From positions 1,798,001 to 1,862,000 of the forward strand of contig NC_086108.1 in NCBI RefSeq assembly GCF_963921235.1: 64,000 bases of DNA, written 5' to 3'. Source of the DNA: Mobula hypostoma (Eukaryota). The notes below the pieces were generated by a model that saw nothing but the letters and a program-made list of their open reading frames with translations, had not been told where the DNA came from and ran no database searches. Position 1 is the stretch's first letter, and every line of letters begins with the position of its first letter. Both the position numbers and the translations under genes were made by a program. Shown one piece after another: positions 38,461 to 50,132 of this stretch.

Positions 38461-41400
38461 TACAGGGCAATAGAGGCGTGGTGCAGTTAAGACAGAAAAA
38501 AACAAATGCTGGACTGAAAATGTTATATTTGAATGCACGCAACATAAGAAATAAAATGGATGATCTTGAAATTCAGTTACAGATTGGCAAGTATGACGTT
38601 GTGGCCATCTCTGAAACTTGGCTAAAGGATGGCTGCCATTGGGAGTTGAGTGTTCAAGGACATACGGTGTATCAGAAAGATAGGTTGGTAGGCAGAGGGG
38701 GTGGTGTGGCCCTGTGTATAAGAAATAATACTCAATCATTAGAGAGGGATGACATAGGATTAGAAGGCGCAGGGTCTCTATGGGTTGAGTTGAGAAATGG
38801 CAAGGGTAAAAGGACTCTAATGGCGGTTGTATACAGGCCTCCAAACAGCAGCCGAGTTATGATTTACAGGTTACAGCAGGAGATAGAAAAGGCATGTCAG
38901 AAGGGCAATATCCCTTAGGGAACAGTGATCACAGTAAGATCGAGTTCACTTTGAAATTTGAGAAGGAGAAACTAAATTCCAATGTGTCAGTATTTTAGTG
39001 GAATAAACGAAATTACAATGACATGAGAGTGGAACTGGCCAAAGTTGACTGGAAAGGGACACTAGCAGGAAGGACAGCAGAGTTTTCTGACGTTTCTGCG
39101 AAAAATGAGGGAAGTGCAAGACAGATATATTCCAAATTTATTCAAATGGAAGAAGGACACTACAGTGGCTGACAAGTGAAGTCAGAGCCAAAGTAAAAGC
39201 AAAAGATAGGGCATACAAGGAAGCCAAAGCTCGTGGGAAGATAGAGGACTGGGAAGCTTTTAAAAACTTGCAGAAGGAAACTAAGAAGTCCATTAGGAAA
39301 GAAAAGATGAATTATGAAAGGAAGCTTCAAAGAAGATACTAAAACCTTTTTTAAGTATATAAAGGGTAAAAGAGAGTTGAGGATAGATGTAGGACCAATA
39401 GAAAATGACGCTGGAGATATTGTAATGAGAGATGCAGAGATGGCAGAGGAATTGAATGTGTATTTTGCATCAGACTTCACAGTGGAAGACATCTGCAGTA
39501 TACTGGACATGCAAGAGTGTCACGGAAGTGATGTATATGCAATGAAAATTACAACTGAGAAGGTGCTCAGGAAGCTTAATGATGTGAGGGTGGATAAATC
39601 TCCTGGACCTGATGGAATGCACCCTCAGGTTCTGAAGGAAGTAGCTGGAGAGACTGCAGAGGCATTAACAATGATCTTTCAAGATCGACAGATTCTGGCA
39701 TTGTACCGGATGACTGGAAAATTGCAAATGTTACTCCACTATTTAAGAAGGGTGGGAGGCAGCAGAAAGGAAACTATAGACCTGTTAGCCTGACATCAGT
39801 GGTTGGGAAGTTGTTGGAATCGATTGTTAGGGATGAGATTACGGAGTACCTGGAGGCACATATGACAAGATAGGCCAAAGACAGTATGGTTTCCTGAAAG
39901 GAAAATCCTGCCTGATTAACCTACTGCAATTTTTTGAGGAAATTACAAGCAGGGTAAACAAAGGAGATGCAGTAGATGTGGTGTTCTTGGATTTTCAAAA
40001 GGCGTTTGACAAGGTGCCACACATGAGACTGCTTAGCAAGATAAGAGCCCATGGAATTACAGGGAAGTTACTAGCATGGGTGGAGCATTGGTTGATCGGC
40101 AGAAAACAGAGAGTGGGAATAAAGGGATCCTATTCTGGCTGGCTGCCAGTTAACAGTGGAGTTCCACAGGGGTCGGTGTTGGAACCACTACTTTTTACAA
40201 TCTATGTCAATGATTTGGACTATGGGATTAATGGATTTGTGCCTAAATTTGTCGATGATACAAAGATAGATGGAAGATTGGGTAGTGTTGAGGAAACAGA
40301 GAGCCTGCAGAGAGACTTAGATAGTTTAGGGGAATGGGTAAAGAAGTGGCAAATGAAATACAATGTTGGAAAGTGTATGGTCATGCACTTTGATGGAAGA
40401 AATAAATGGGCAGACTATTATTTAGATGGGGAGAGAATTCAAAATGCAGAGATGCAAAAGGACTTGGGAGTCCTTGTGCAGGATACCCTAAAGATTAACT
40501 TCCAAGTTGAGACAGTGGTGAAGAAGGCGAATGCAATGTTACCCATATAACCATTACAGCACAGAAACAGGCCATCTCGGCCCTTCTAGTCCGTGCCGAA
40601 CTCTCACCCTATCCTCGTCCCACCGACCTGCACTCAGCCCATAACCCTGCATCCCTTTCCTGTCCTTATATCTATCCAATTTAACTTTAATCGACAACAT
40701 CAAACCTGCCTCAACCATTTCTGCTGGAAGCTCGTTCCACACAGCTACCACTCTCTGAGTAAAGAAGTTCCCCCTCATGTTACCCCTAAACTTTTGTCCT
40801 CTAACTCTCAACCTATGTCCTCTTGTTTGAATCTTCCCCACTCTCAATGGAAAAAGTCTAACCACGTCAACTCTATCTATCCCCCTCATAATTTTAAACA
40901 CCTCTATCAGGTACCCCCTCAACCTTCTACGCTCCAAAGAATAAAGACCTAACTTGTTCAACCTTTCTCTGTAACTTAGGAGATGAAACCCAGGCAACAT
41001 TTTAGTAAACCTCCTCTGTACTCTCTTAATGTTATTGATATCTTTCCTCTAATTCGGTGACCAGAACTGTACACAATACACCAGATTTGGCCTCACCAAT
41101 GCCTCATACAAATTCAACATTACATCCCAACTCCTATACTCAATGCTCTGATTAATAAAGGCCAGCAAACCAAAAGCTTTCTTCACCACCCTATCCAATA
41201 TCCACATGAGATTCCATCTTCAGGGAACTATGCACCATTATTCCTAGATCCCTCTGTTCTAAAGCATTCTTTAATGCCCTACCATTTACCATGTATGTCC
41301 TATTTTGATTAGTTCTACTAAAATGTAGCACCTCACATTTTTCAGCATTAAACTCCATCTGCCATCTTTCAGCCCACTCTTCTAACTGGCCTAAATCTCT

Positions 41401-43604
41401 CTGCAAGCTTTGAAAACTTACCTCATCATCCACAACTCCACCTATCTTAGTATCATCTGCACACTTACTAATCCAATTCACCACCCCATCATCCAGATAT
41501 TAACATATATTACAAACAACATTGGACCCAGTACAGATCTCTGAGGCACACCACTAGTCACCAGCCTCCAATCTGACACACAGCTATCCACCACTACTCT
41601 CTGGCATCTCCCATCTAGCCACTGCTGAATCCATTTTACTACTTCCATATTAATGCCTAATGATTGAACCTTCCTAACTAACCTTCTGTGTGGAACCTTG
41701 TCAAAGGCCTTACTAAAGTCCATATAGACAACATCCACCGTTTTACCCTCGTCAACTTTCTTAGTAACCTCATCAAAAAATTCAATAAGGTCTGTCAAAC
41801 ATGACCTTCCACGCACAAATCCATGTTGACTGTTCCTAATCAGATCCTGTCTATCCAGATATTTATATATACCATCTTCAAGAATACTTTCTGTCAATTC
41901 ACCCACCACTGACGTCAAACTCACAGGCCGATAATTGCCAGGTTTACTCTTAGAACCCTTTTTAAACAACGGATCCACATGAGTAATACACCAATCCTCC
42001 AGCACCATCCCCGTTTCTAATGACATTTGAAATATTTCTGTCAGAGCCCCTTCTATTTCTACACTAACCTCCCTCAAAGTCCTAGGGAATATCTTGTCCG
42101 GACCTGGAGACTTATCCACTCTTATATTCCTTAAAAGTGCCAGTACTTCCTCTTCTTTAATTGTCATACTTTCCATAACTACCCACTTGTTTCCTTTACC
42201 TTACACAATTCAATATCCTTCTCCTTAGTGAATACCGAAGAAAAGAAATTGTTCAAAATTTCCCCCATCTCTTTTGGCACCGCACATAGCCGTCCACTCT
42301 GATTCTCCAAGGGACCAATTTTATCCCCCACTATCCTTTTGCTATTAATATAACTGTAGAAACCCTTTGGATTTATTTTCACCTTACTTGCCAAAGCAGC
42401 CTCGTATCTTCTTTTAGCTTTTCTAATTTCTTACTTAAGATTCTTTTCACATTCTTTATATTTCTTGAGTAGCTCATTAACTCCAAGCTGCCTATTGAAG
42501 ATCCCTCTCTTTTTCTGAACCAAGTTTCTAATATCTCTTGAAAACCATGGCTCTCTCAAACTTTTAACCTTTCCTTTCAACCTAACAGGAACATAAAGAT
42601 TCTGAATCCTCAAAATTTCACCTTTAAATGACCTCCATTTCTCTGTCACATCCTTCCCATAAAACAAATTTTTCCAATCCAGTCCTTCTAAATGCTTTCG
42701 CATCTCCTCAAAGTTAGCCTTTCTCCAATCAAAAATCTCAATCCTCGGTCCAGTCCTATCCTTCTCCATAATTACTCTGAAACTAATTGTATTGTGATCA
42801 CTGGACCCGAAGTGCTCCTCAACAAATACCTCCGTCACCTGCTCTGTCTCATTCCCTGACAAGAGATCCAACACTGCCCCTTCTCTAGTTGGTACCTCTA
42901 TGTATTGCTTCAAAAAACTACCCTGCACACATTTTACAAACTCCAAACCATCCAGCCCTTTTACAGAATGTTGGCATTCATTTCTTGAGGTATAGAATTT
43001 AAGAGCAGGGATATGATGTTGAGGCTGTATAAGACACTCGTGAGACCACACTTGGAGTACTGTGTGCAGTTCTGGGCTCCTTATTTAAGAATGGATATAC
43101 TGACATTGGAGAGGGTTCAGAGAATGATTCCAGGAATGAAAGGGTTACCGTATGAGGAACGTCTGGCAGTTCTTGGGCTGTATTCCCTGGAGTTCAGGAG
43201 AATGAGGGGGGGATCTCAAGGAAACATTCCAAATGTTAAAAGGCCTGAACAGATTAGATATGGCAAGGTTATTTCCCATGGTAGGGAATCTAGGACAAGA
43301 AGGCACGATTTCAGGATTGAAGGACGTGCATTTAGAGCAGAGATGCAGAGAAATTACTTTAGTCAGAGGGTGGTAAATCTGTGGAAGTTGTTCCCACGAG
43401 CGGCTGTGGAGGCCGAGTCATTGAGTGTACTTAAGGCAGAGATAGATAGATTCTTGATTAGCCAGGGCATCAAAGGGTATGGGGAGAAGACAGGGGAGTG
43501 GGGATGACTGGAAGAATTGGATCAGGCCGTGATTGAATGGCAGAGCAGACTCGATGACCCGAATGGCCTACTTCTACTCCTATATCTTATAGTCTTATGT
43601 CTTA
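38461..43604 (+). mobile_element. CR1 ORF2 (APE plus RT), degraded, interrupted at 40541-42966
   Basis: YLNARNIRNK, AISETWL, FLDFQKAFDKV, FVDDTK; KKANAML|AFIS continues across the insertion. Confidence 0.9.
40541..42966 (-). mobile_element. 5'-truncated CR1 (second subfamily) inserted into another CR1
   Basis: TSD AATGTT at 40535-40540 and 42967-42972; YMDFSKAFDKV and CADDTKIG motifs; TTATATGG-type tail at 40541-40555. Confidence 0.92.
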
Positions 43605-44769
43605 TATCAGAATCAGGTTTATCAGCACTCATGTATGCCACAAAATTAGTTTATTTTGCAGCAGCAGTACAGTGCAATGCATAAACTGTGAAAAGCCTTA
43701 GGCATCCCAGCTGTATACATGTGCACAGTACAGAGTGTAAAATTCACGGTAGATGGTGATCCTTGATCCTCAATCGGTCTCATATTTGGTAAAGCACTGG
43801 AAGAGCTTAGCAGGTCAGGCAGCATCCATGGAGGGGAATAAATAGTTGACATTTTAGACTGAAACCCTTCTTCAAGACTGGAAAGAAAGGGGGCAGAAGC
43901 CAGAATAAGAAGGTACTTGTTCAAAGTTCAAGGTCAATGTTATTATCAGGGTACATACCCGTCACCACAGACAACCCTGAGATTCGTTTTCCTGTGGGCA
44001 TACTGAGCAAATCTGTAGAATAGTAACTATAACAGGATCAATGAAAGATCAACCAGAATGCAGAAGACAGAAAACTGTGAAAATGCAAATATAAATAAAT
44101 AGCATTAAATAACGAGAAAATGAGATAGAGTCCTTAAAGTGAGATCATTGGTTGTGGGAACATCTCAATGGTTGGAGAAGTGAGTGTAGTTGTCCTCTTT
44201 TGTTCAAGAGCCTGATTAGATTAGATTAGATTATGAGGACACGCAGTCCTCTTTTATTGTCATTTAGATGTCTGAGAGGTAGTGACTGTTCTTTAACCTG
44301 ATGGTGTGAGTACAGAGGCTCTTGTACCGTCTACCAGATGAGTGTGAAATTAAATATCTGACATAACACATGACTTGCACTCAGAAAAGTCAACAGTTCA
44401 AGTGAACTTTCTGCTTGATGAGCTGATATTTGTATTTTCAGTCCCTTGGCCATTAACCTGTCAGATGCTCTGCGCGTGACGCTCCCCTGGGGAAGGAGAG
44501 AAGGCTGAAGGTGGAGACGTCAGCCACAGCTGCTGCAGCGCCCAGCCGTGAGTCATCTTGGAGTCCTCTAGACGGAGCACGGCTGACACCTCAGCACCAG
44601 CCACTGTGAGGGACTCAGCTCTCATTCTCCCCTCATTCTCCCCTCACACTCCTCAAATCAGTGGTCATGTCTGGTCATTAGCAAGAGCACATGGTGTGTG
44701 AGCTGAACAGACATTCCTTTCCCATGTTACAACTGGAAGCACTTCATAGATGGCAGATCACACAAACTG

Positions 44770-45240
44770 GTAAACACACACAAAATGCTGGAGGAACTCA
44801 GCAGGTCAGACAGTGTCTCAGACCAGAGTAACACACACAAAATGCTGAAGGAACTCAGCAGGTCAGACAGTGTCGATGGTCAGAGTAACACACACAAAAT
44901 GCTGGAGGAACTCAGCAGGTCAGACAGTGTCGATGGTCAGAGTAACACACACAAAATGCTGGAGGAACTCAGCAGGTCAGACAGTGTCGATGGTCAGAGT
45001 AACACACACGAAATGCTGGAGGAACTCAGCAGGTCAGACAGTGTCGATGGTCTGAGTAACACACACAAAATGCTGAAGGAACTCAGCAGGTCAGACAGTG
45101 TCGATGGTCAGAGTAACACACACAAAATGCTGAAGGAACTCAGCAGGTCAGACAGTGTCAATGGCCAGAGTAACACACACAAAATGCTGGAGGAACTCAG
45201 CAGGTCAGACAGTGTCGATGGTCAGAGTAACACACACAAA
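44770..45240 (+). repeat. Tandem minisatellite, about 8 x 57 bp, seeded by a Penelope pseudo-LTR end
   Basis: Unit GTAACACACACAAAATGCTGGAGGAACTCAGCAGGTCAGACAGTGTCGATGGTCAGA; the same CACAAAATGCTGGAGGAACTCAGCAGG motif recurs at 11150, 11575 and 49947. Confidence 0.95.
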
Positions 45241-45645
45241 ATTACATCCCAACTCCTATACTCAATGTTCTGATTTATAAAGGTCAGCATACCAAAAGCT
45301 TTCTTCACCACCCTATCCACATGAGATTCCACCTCCAGGGAACTATGCACCATTATTCCTAGATCACTCTGTTCTACTGCATTCTTCAATGCCCTACCAT
45401 TTACCATGCATGTCCTATTTTGATTGGTCCTACCAAAATGTAGCACCTCACATTTATCAGCATTAAACTCCATCTGCCATCTTTCAGCCCACTCTTCTAA
45501 CTGGCTTAAATCTCTCTGCAAGCTTTGAAAACCTACTTCATTATCCACAACGTCACCTAGCTTAGTATCATCTACATACTTACTCATCCAATTTACCACC
45601 CCATCATCCAGATCATTAACGTATATGACAAATAACATTGGTCCT
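45241..45645 (-). mobile_element. CR1 RT fragment
   Basis: GPMLFVIYVNDLD...YVDDTKLG...WQMEFNADKC; similar to 41120-41530. Confidence 0.85.
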
Positions 45646-46301
45646 CCAGGCCTGAGTTTATTATTGTCAGTTATGGAGTCATATAGCACCACAGCATAGA
45701 AACAGACTCTTCAGCCCATTTAGTCCGTGCCAGCCCGGTTTCCTGTCTAGTCTCAGACCATAGCCCTCCATACCCTCTAATCCATGTACATGTCCAAACT
45801 TCAATCAAACCCACATCTACCACTTCCACTGGCAGCTTAAACCGCATATGCATTACCTCCCGAGGGAAGAAGTTTCCCCTCAGATTCCCCTAAATATTTC
45901 ATGTTTCATCTTAACCAATAACCTCTAGTTCTAGTCTCACCACACGAGGGGAAAATGCCTGCATGCGAATCCCTGTCTATCGTTCATTCATTATGTGCCC
46001 TGTAATAGGGCGCGGGCAATCATAGTCTTCCCATACCACAATTGTTTTTGGCAAATTTTTCTACAGTACTGGTTTGCCATTGACTTCTTCTGGGCTGTGC
46101 CTTTACAGGATGAGTGACCCCAGCCATTATCAATACTCTTCAGAGATTGTCCGCCTGGTGTCAGTGGTCACATAACCAGGAATTGTGATATGCACCTGCT
46201 ATTCATACGACCATCCACCACCCGCTCCCATGGCTCCATGTGACCCTATTCGAGGGCTAACAGGTGAGCATCCTTTGGTAGAGATCTATCTACCAAAGGA
46301 T

Positions 46302-49300
46302 ATGGTTAATTACAGGGAACGAGTACGACCAAGAGCTAGGATAAGAGGTTCTGAGTGTCCAGTGTGTTGGTATGGGAGAGTGTTTTCCAGCATTGAAGGT
46401 TTACCAGCCCACCAAGCAAAGTTGAAGTGCTATTCCATCCCAGTGGTTGAAGATGAGATTACTTCACCAAGCACAGATGATGTGGTCTTTTCAACCACTG
46501 ATTCATAAGCCACAGCGATTCGTTCTGGACGGAGTCATCATACTCCAAGTCTGGCGAGAGATAACCCAGGTCAGGTTTCAGACCACAGTACCCAGGTAGA
46601 TCCTTTGCATGATGGCGGTGGTGAGGAGGTAGAGAAGAAGAGGAAGGTCAAGTGGCCAGCAATGGCAGATGAGAAGGCTTGGCATGTATTTGATGAGGAT
46701 ATCAGTATGATGTTGGAGAACACGCTCAGGGGAACATCAAAGAGAAAGTTGGAAGTGATGGGCGATATGACTTACGATGTTGGAAAGTACAGGTTTGGTT
46801 TGGTTGAGTTGAAGAAAATAAGGCCTACACAGCAACCAAGCAGGCGCCAGAAGGAGATTAGTAGGTTGAGGAGAGAACTTAGATCATTGAGGCAGAGGTG
46901 GAAGGTAGCAAGTGAGGGTGACAAGCCAGGGCTTGCTGATCTCCGAGAGCGTTTTCGAATAAAATTAGCATCACTCCGTCGTGCAGAGTCACAACGTAAA
47001 AAGAGAAAGAAAAGAGAGAAGGCAAGAAAGTTGTTCTTTGAGAACCCTCACGAGTTCACAAAGAAACTGTTTGAACAAAGTAAGAGCGGGCAGCTTAACA
47101 TCTCTCAACAAGAACTTGAGGATCACCTGGCAAGCACTTACTCTAACGAACAGCGGGAGGCTCCTTTGCTTGACATTTCAGGGCTTGTGAATCCTACCAA
47201 GCCAGGAGTGAAGTTTGATCTGTCAGAACCTAAACTGGCAGAAGTCGAACGGTTCATCAGAAAGGCAAGGTCAGGCTCAGTGCCAGGACCTAATGGAGTG
47301 CCGTATAAAGTGTTCAAGAAGTGTGAAGAGCTGAGGAAATACTTGTGGAGATTGTTAAAGGTGGTGTGGAGACAAGGTGTTGTTCCTTTGTCATGGAGTG
47401 AGGCTGAAGGAGTATACATCCCGAAGGAAGAGAATTCTTCTACATTGAATCAGTTCCGACCAATTTCCCTCCTGAATGTAGAGGGGAAGATTATGTTTGG
47501 CATTCTGGCAGAAAGAATATCTTCATTTGTGATAGAGAATGGATTAGTAAATACATGTGTGCAGAAGGCAGGAATACCAGGCTTCCCAGGATGCCTTGAA
47601 CATTCTAGTATGATATGACATACCATCCAGGAATCTAAAAGGTTGAGAAGAAATCTGGCTGTAGTTTGGCTTGATCTGGCAAATGCGTATGGTTCTGTTC
47701 CCCATGTCCTGATTGAGTTTGGGATAGAATTCCTGTGGATTCCTGCTAAGGTGAGGAACTTTGTTATGCAGTACTACAACGATTTCCGGATGAGGTTTTC
47801 CACTCAGCAGTTTACAACTAGGTGGCAGAGCTTGGATGTTGGAATCCAAATGGGATGTGCAATTTCACCCATCCTTTTTGTGTTAGCCATGGAGGTCATT
47901 GTGAGGGCTGCAGAATCAGTGGGACCAGGTGTTGCACTTGATGGCGGAGGGGAGTTACCACCAATATGAAGGTTCATGGACAAACTTACCCTTTTGGGTC
48001 CCAGCACGGAGGCAGTGGAAAATATACTATCTAGACTCGAGGAGCTAATAGATTGGGGAAAAATGAAGTTCAAGACCAAGAAGTCAAGGAGCCTTGTTCT
48101 TAGGAGAGGAAAGCTGGTTCACTTTCATTTCACCCTTTATGGAGAGGAGATTCCATCCATTCAGGACCAACCAGTTAAGAGCCTCGGGCAATGGTACACA
48201 GAGGAGCTGAGAGACACCAAGAGGGTTCAAGAGACAGGAGAACAGATCAGTAGAAGTCTGATGTCTGTTGACAAGTGTGGCTTGCCTGGCAAGTTGAAGT
48301 TGTGGTGCTTGCAGTACGGACTGATGCCACGGATAATGTGGCCACTAACTGTCTATGAAGTGGCAATGTCCCATGTTGAGGCAATGGAATGGAAGATCAA
48401 CAAGTATGTGAAGAAGTGGCTTGGAGTACCGAGCAGCCTCACCAATGTTGCAATCCACAGTAGCCAGACAAAGCTTACCATCCCAGTGCAATCCTTTGTT
48501 GAGGAGGTCAAGGTAGCCAAGGTAAGATCATTCTTGATGCTTCGAGACTCAAAAGACCCGGTCATCAAGAACACCCAAGAGGATGTGAGATCAGGCAGGA
48601 AGTGGTCAGCCCGTGTAGCAGTTGATGAGGCAGAGTCTAGATTGAAGCACAAGGAGACAGTTGGGACTATCCAGCTAGCCCGCCAGGGACTTGGATGGAC
48701 AACCCACAAGTGGTGGTCATCTTCTACAGGTAAGGAGCGCCTTGAGCTTGTAACACAAGAAATATGAGAGGTAGAAGTGGAGAAGAGGTTAGCCTGGCCA
48801 AACAAGGGGCTTGGACCCGGTGGGAAAGTGTTGAACAACGACATCTACCTTGGAATGTTCTGTGGCTGATGGAACCGCTCCGCATTTCTTTTCTATGCAG
48901 AGCAGCGTACGATCTGCTCCCAACACCTGCCAACCTCAGCACCTGGTATGAAAATAAGTCAGACAGGTGTGCTGCTTGTGGCGAGAAGGGAACACTCCAA
49001 CACATTTTGAGTGCATGCAGAGTCAATCTTTCCAGCGGCATGTACACTTGGAGACATAACAACGTTCTCAAAGTTGTAACAGAAGCAGTCGAGCAGAGAG
49101 TACGCAGCACAACTAATCTCATGCCCCATGCTGCACAGAACATCGCATATCAGTTGTGAAAGAAGGATCCAAGTCAAGGGTGTACAGCGCAGGCTCACGA
49201 TCAAGCATACTTTCTTCAGCCAATGATTGGAGTGTCAAGGCCGACCTGGACGGGAAAGGCAGTTTCCTGAAGCAAATAGTTTTCACAACATTGCGTCCAG

Positions 49301-49880
49301 ATATAATCGTATGGTCTGACACCAGTAGAGAAGTGGTTATTGGTGAACTCTCAGTCCCCTGGGAAGACAACATCGATGAAGCAAGTTAACCAAGTATGCA
49401 GAATTAAGATCAGAGTGCAGAGACAGAGGGTGGAAGGTCTTATGCTATCCATTCCAAGAAGGCTGCGGTGGGTTTATTGCATTCACTCTCCAGAAGTGGC
49501 TGCGTGACCTTGGCTTCACTAGAAGAGAGATCAAGTCAACCAGCAGGGCTGTAACTGAAGCAGCAGAGAAAAGATCAGCATGGGTCTGGACCAAGTATGT
49601 CCAGAGGGGCAGATAGTCAGACAGTGTATACATATCTTGCAAATCCTTCAGTAGTTGCATAGACACCTGAAGAGCAGACTATCTGTTGGATGGAAGTGAT
49701 CAACAACTCTGATAGAGGCAGATGCCAAGTTTTTAAGCTCACCAGTGGGAGGTGGTGCTTTAGCACTGCTGGCCCACCACCTCGAGGGAGCCGTGATCAT
49801 AAGCGGGCCGAAACTCCTGAAGACAGGTGGCAGATCAACTGATGATCCCACTGGTGATAGCACAGGACAGTTAACATCTT
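46302..49880 (+). mobile_element. HERO/R4-group non-LTR retrotransposon (single ORF: N-terminal zinc finger, RT, CCHC, restriction-like endonuclease), pseudogenised
   Basis: CPVC...GLPAHQAKLKC; PGPNGVPY, QFRPISLLNVEGK, VQKAG, WLDLANAYGSVPH, GIQMGCAISPILF, FMDK(D); CAAC...HILSAC, WRHNNVL; LRPDIIVWSD...IGELSVPWE (PD-(D/E)xK type); KY..L; ends TAG 49614-49616. In-frame stops at 46506, 47616 and 47967; frameshifts near 48765, 49155 and 49385. Confidence 0.9.
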
Positions 49881-50132
49881 AGTTCACGTGTATTTTGTAA
49901 CTCCACCCCGGTTCCCATTCCCTATCTATTCTCTTCATTGCAACACACACAAAACACTTGAGGAACTCAGCAGGTGAGGCAGCATCTATGGAAAGCGTTA
50001 TCAGTGGCGCAACAGCTGGTAGAATATGTGGATATGGCCAAATAGAACAGCGTTCCTCTGGGGCCAAGGTGCAAAACACATTACCAACAGCACACAGCAC
50101 AAGTAGCACAACTGGTTAAGATAGCATTATAG

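Larger units (their letters stand above)
38117..43735. mobile_element. Tc1-type MITE (same family as 53411-53913) split by nested CR1 elements
   Basis: TA-CAGCACCATGCAGAAGTCTTAGACAC at 38117. Segments 38117-38460 and 43605-43735 together are the reverse complement of 53411-53913. Confidence 0.7.

Noticed and set aside
44785..45273. 162-aa repeat protein or CRISPR-like array
   Set aside because: Head-to-tail 57-bp units with no variable spacers and no cas genes; the ORF results from a unit length divisible by three.
49805..49850. Canonical type II hammerhead ribozyme in the HERO 3' UTR
   Set aside because: CTGATGA and GAAA are present, but stem II cannot close (U/C and C/C mismatches) and no stem III/UH/stem I arrangement fits.
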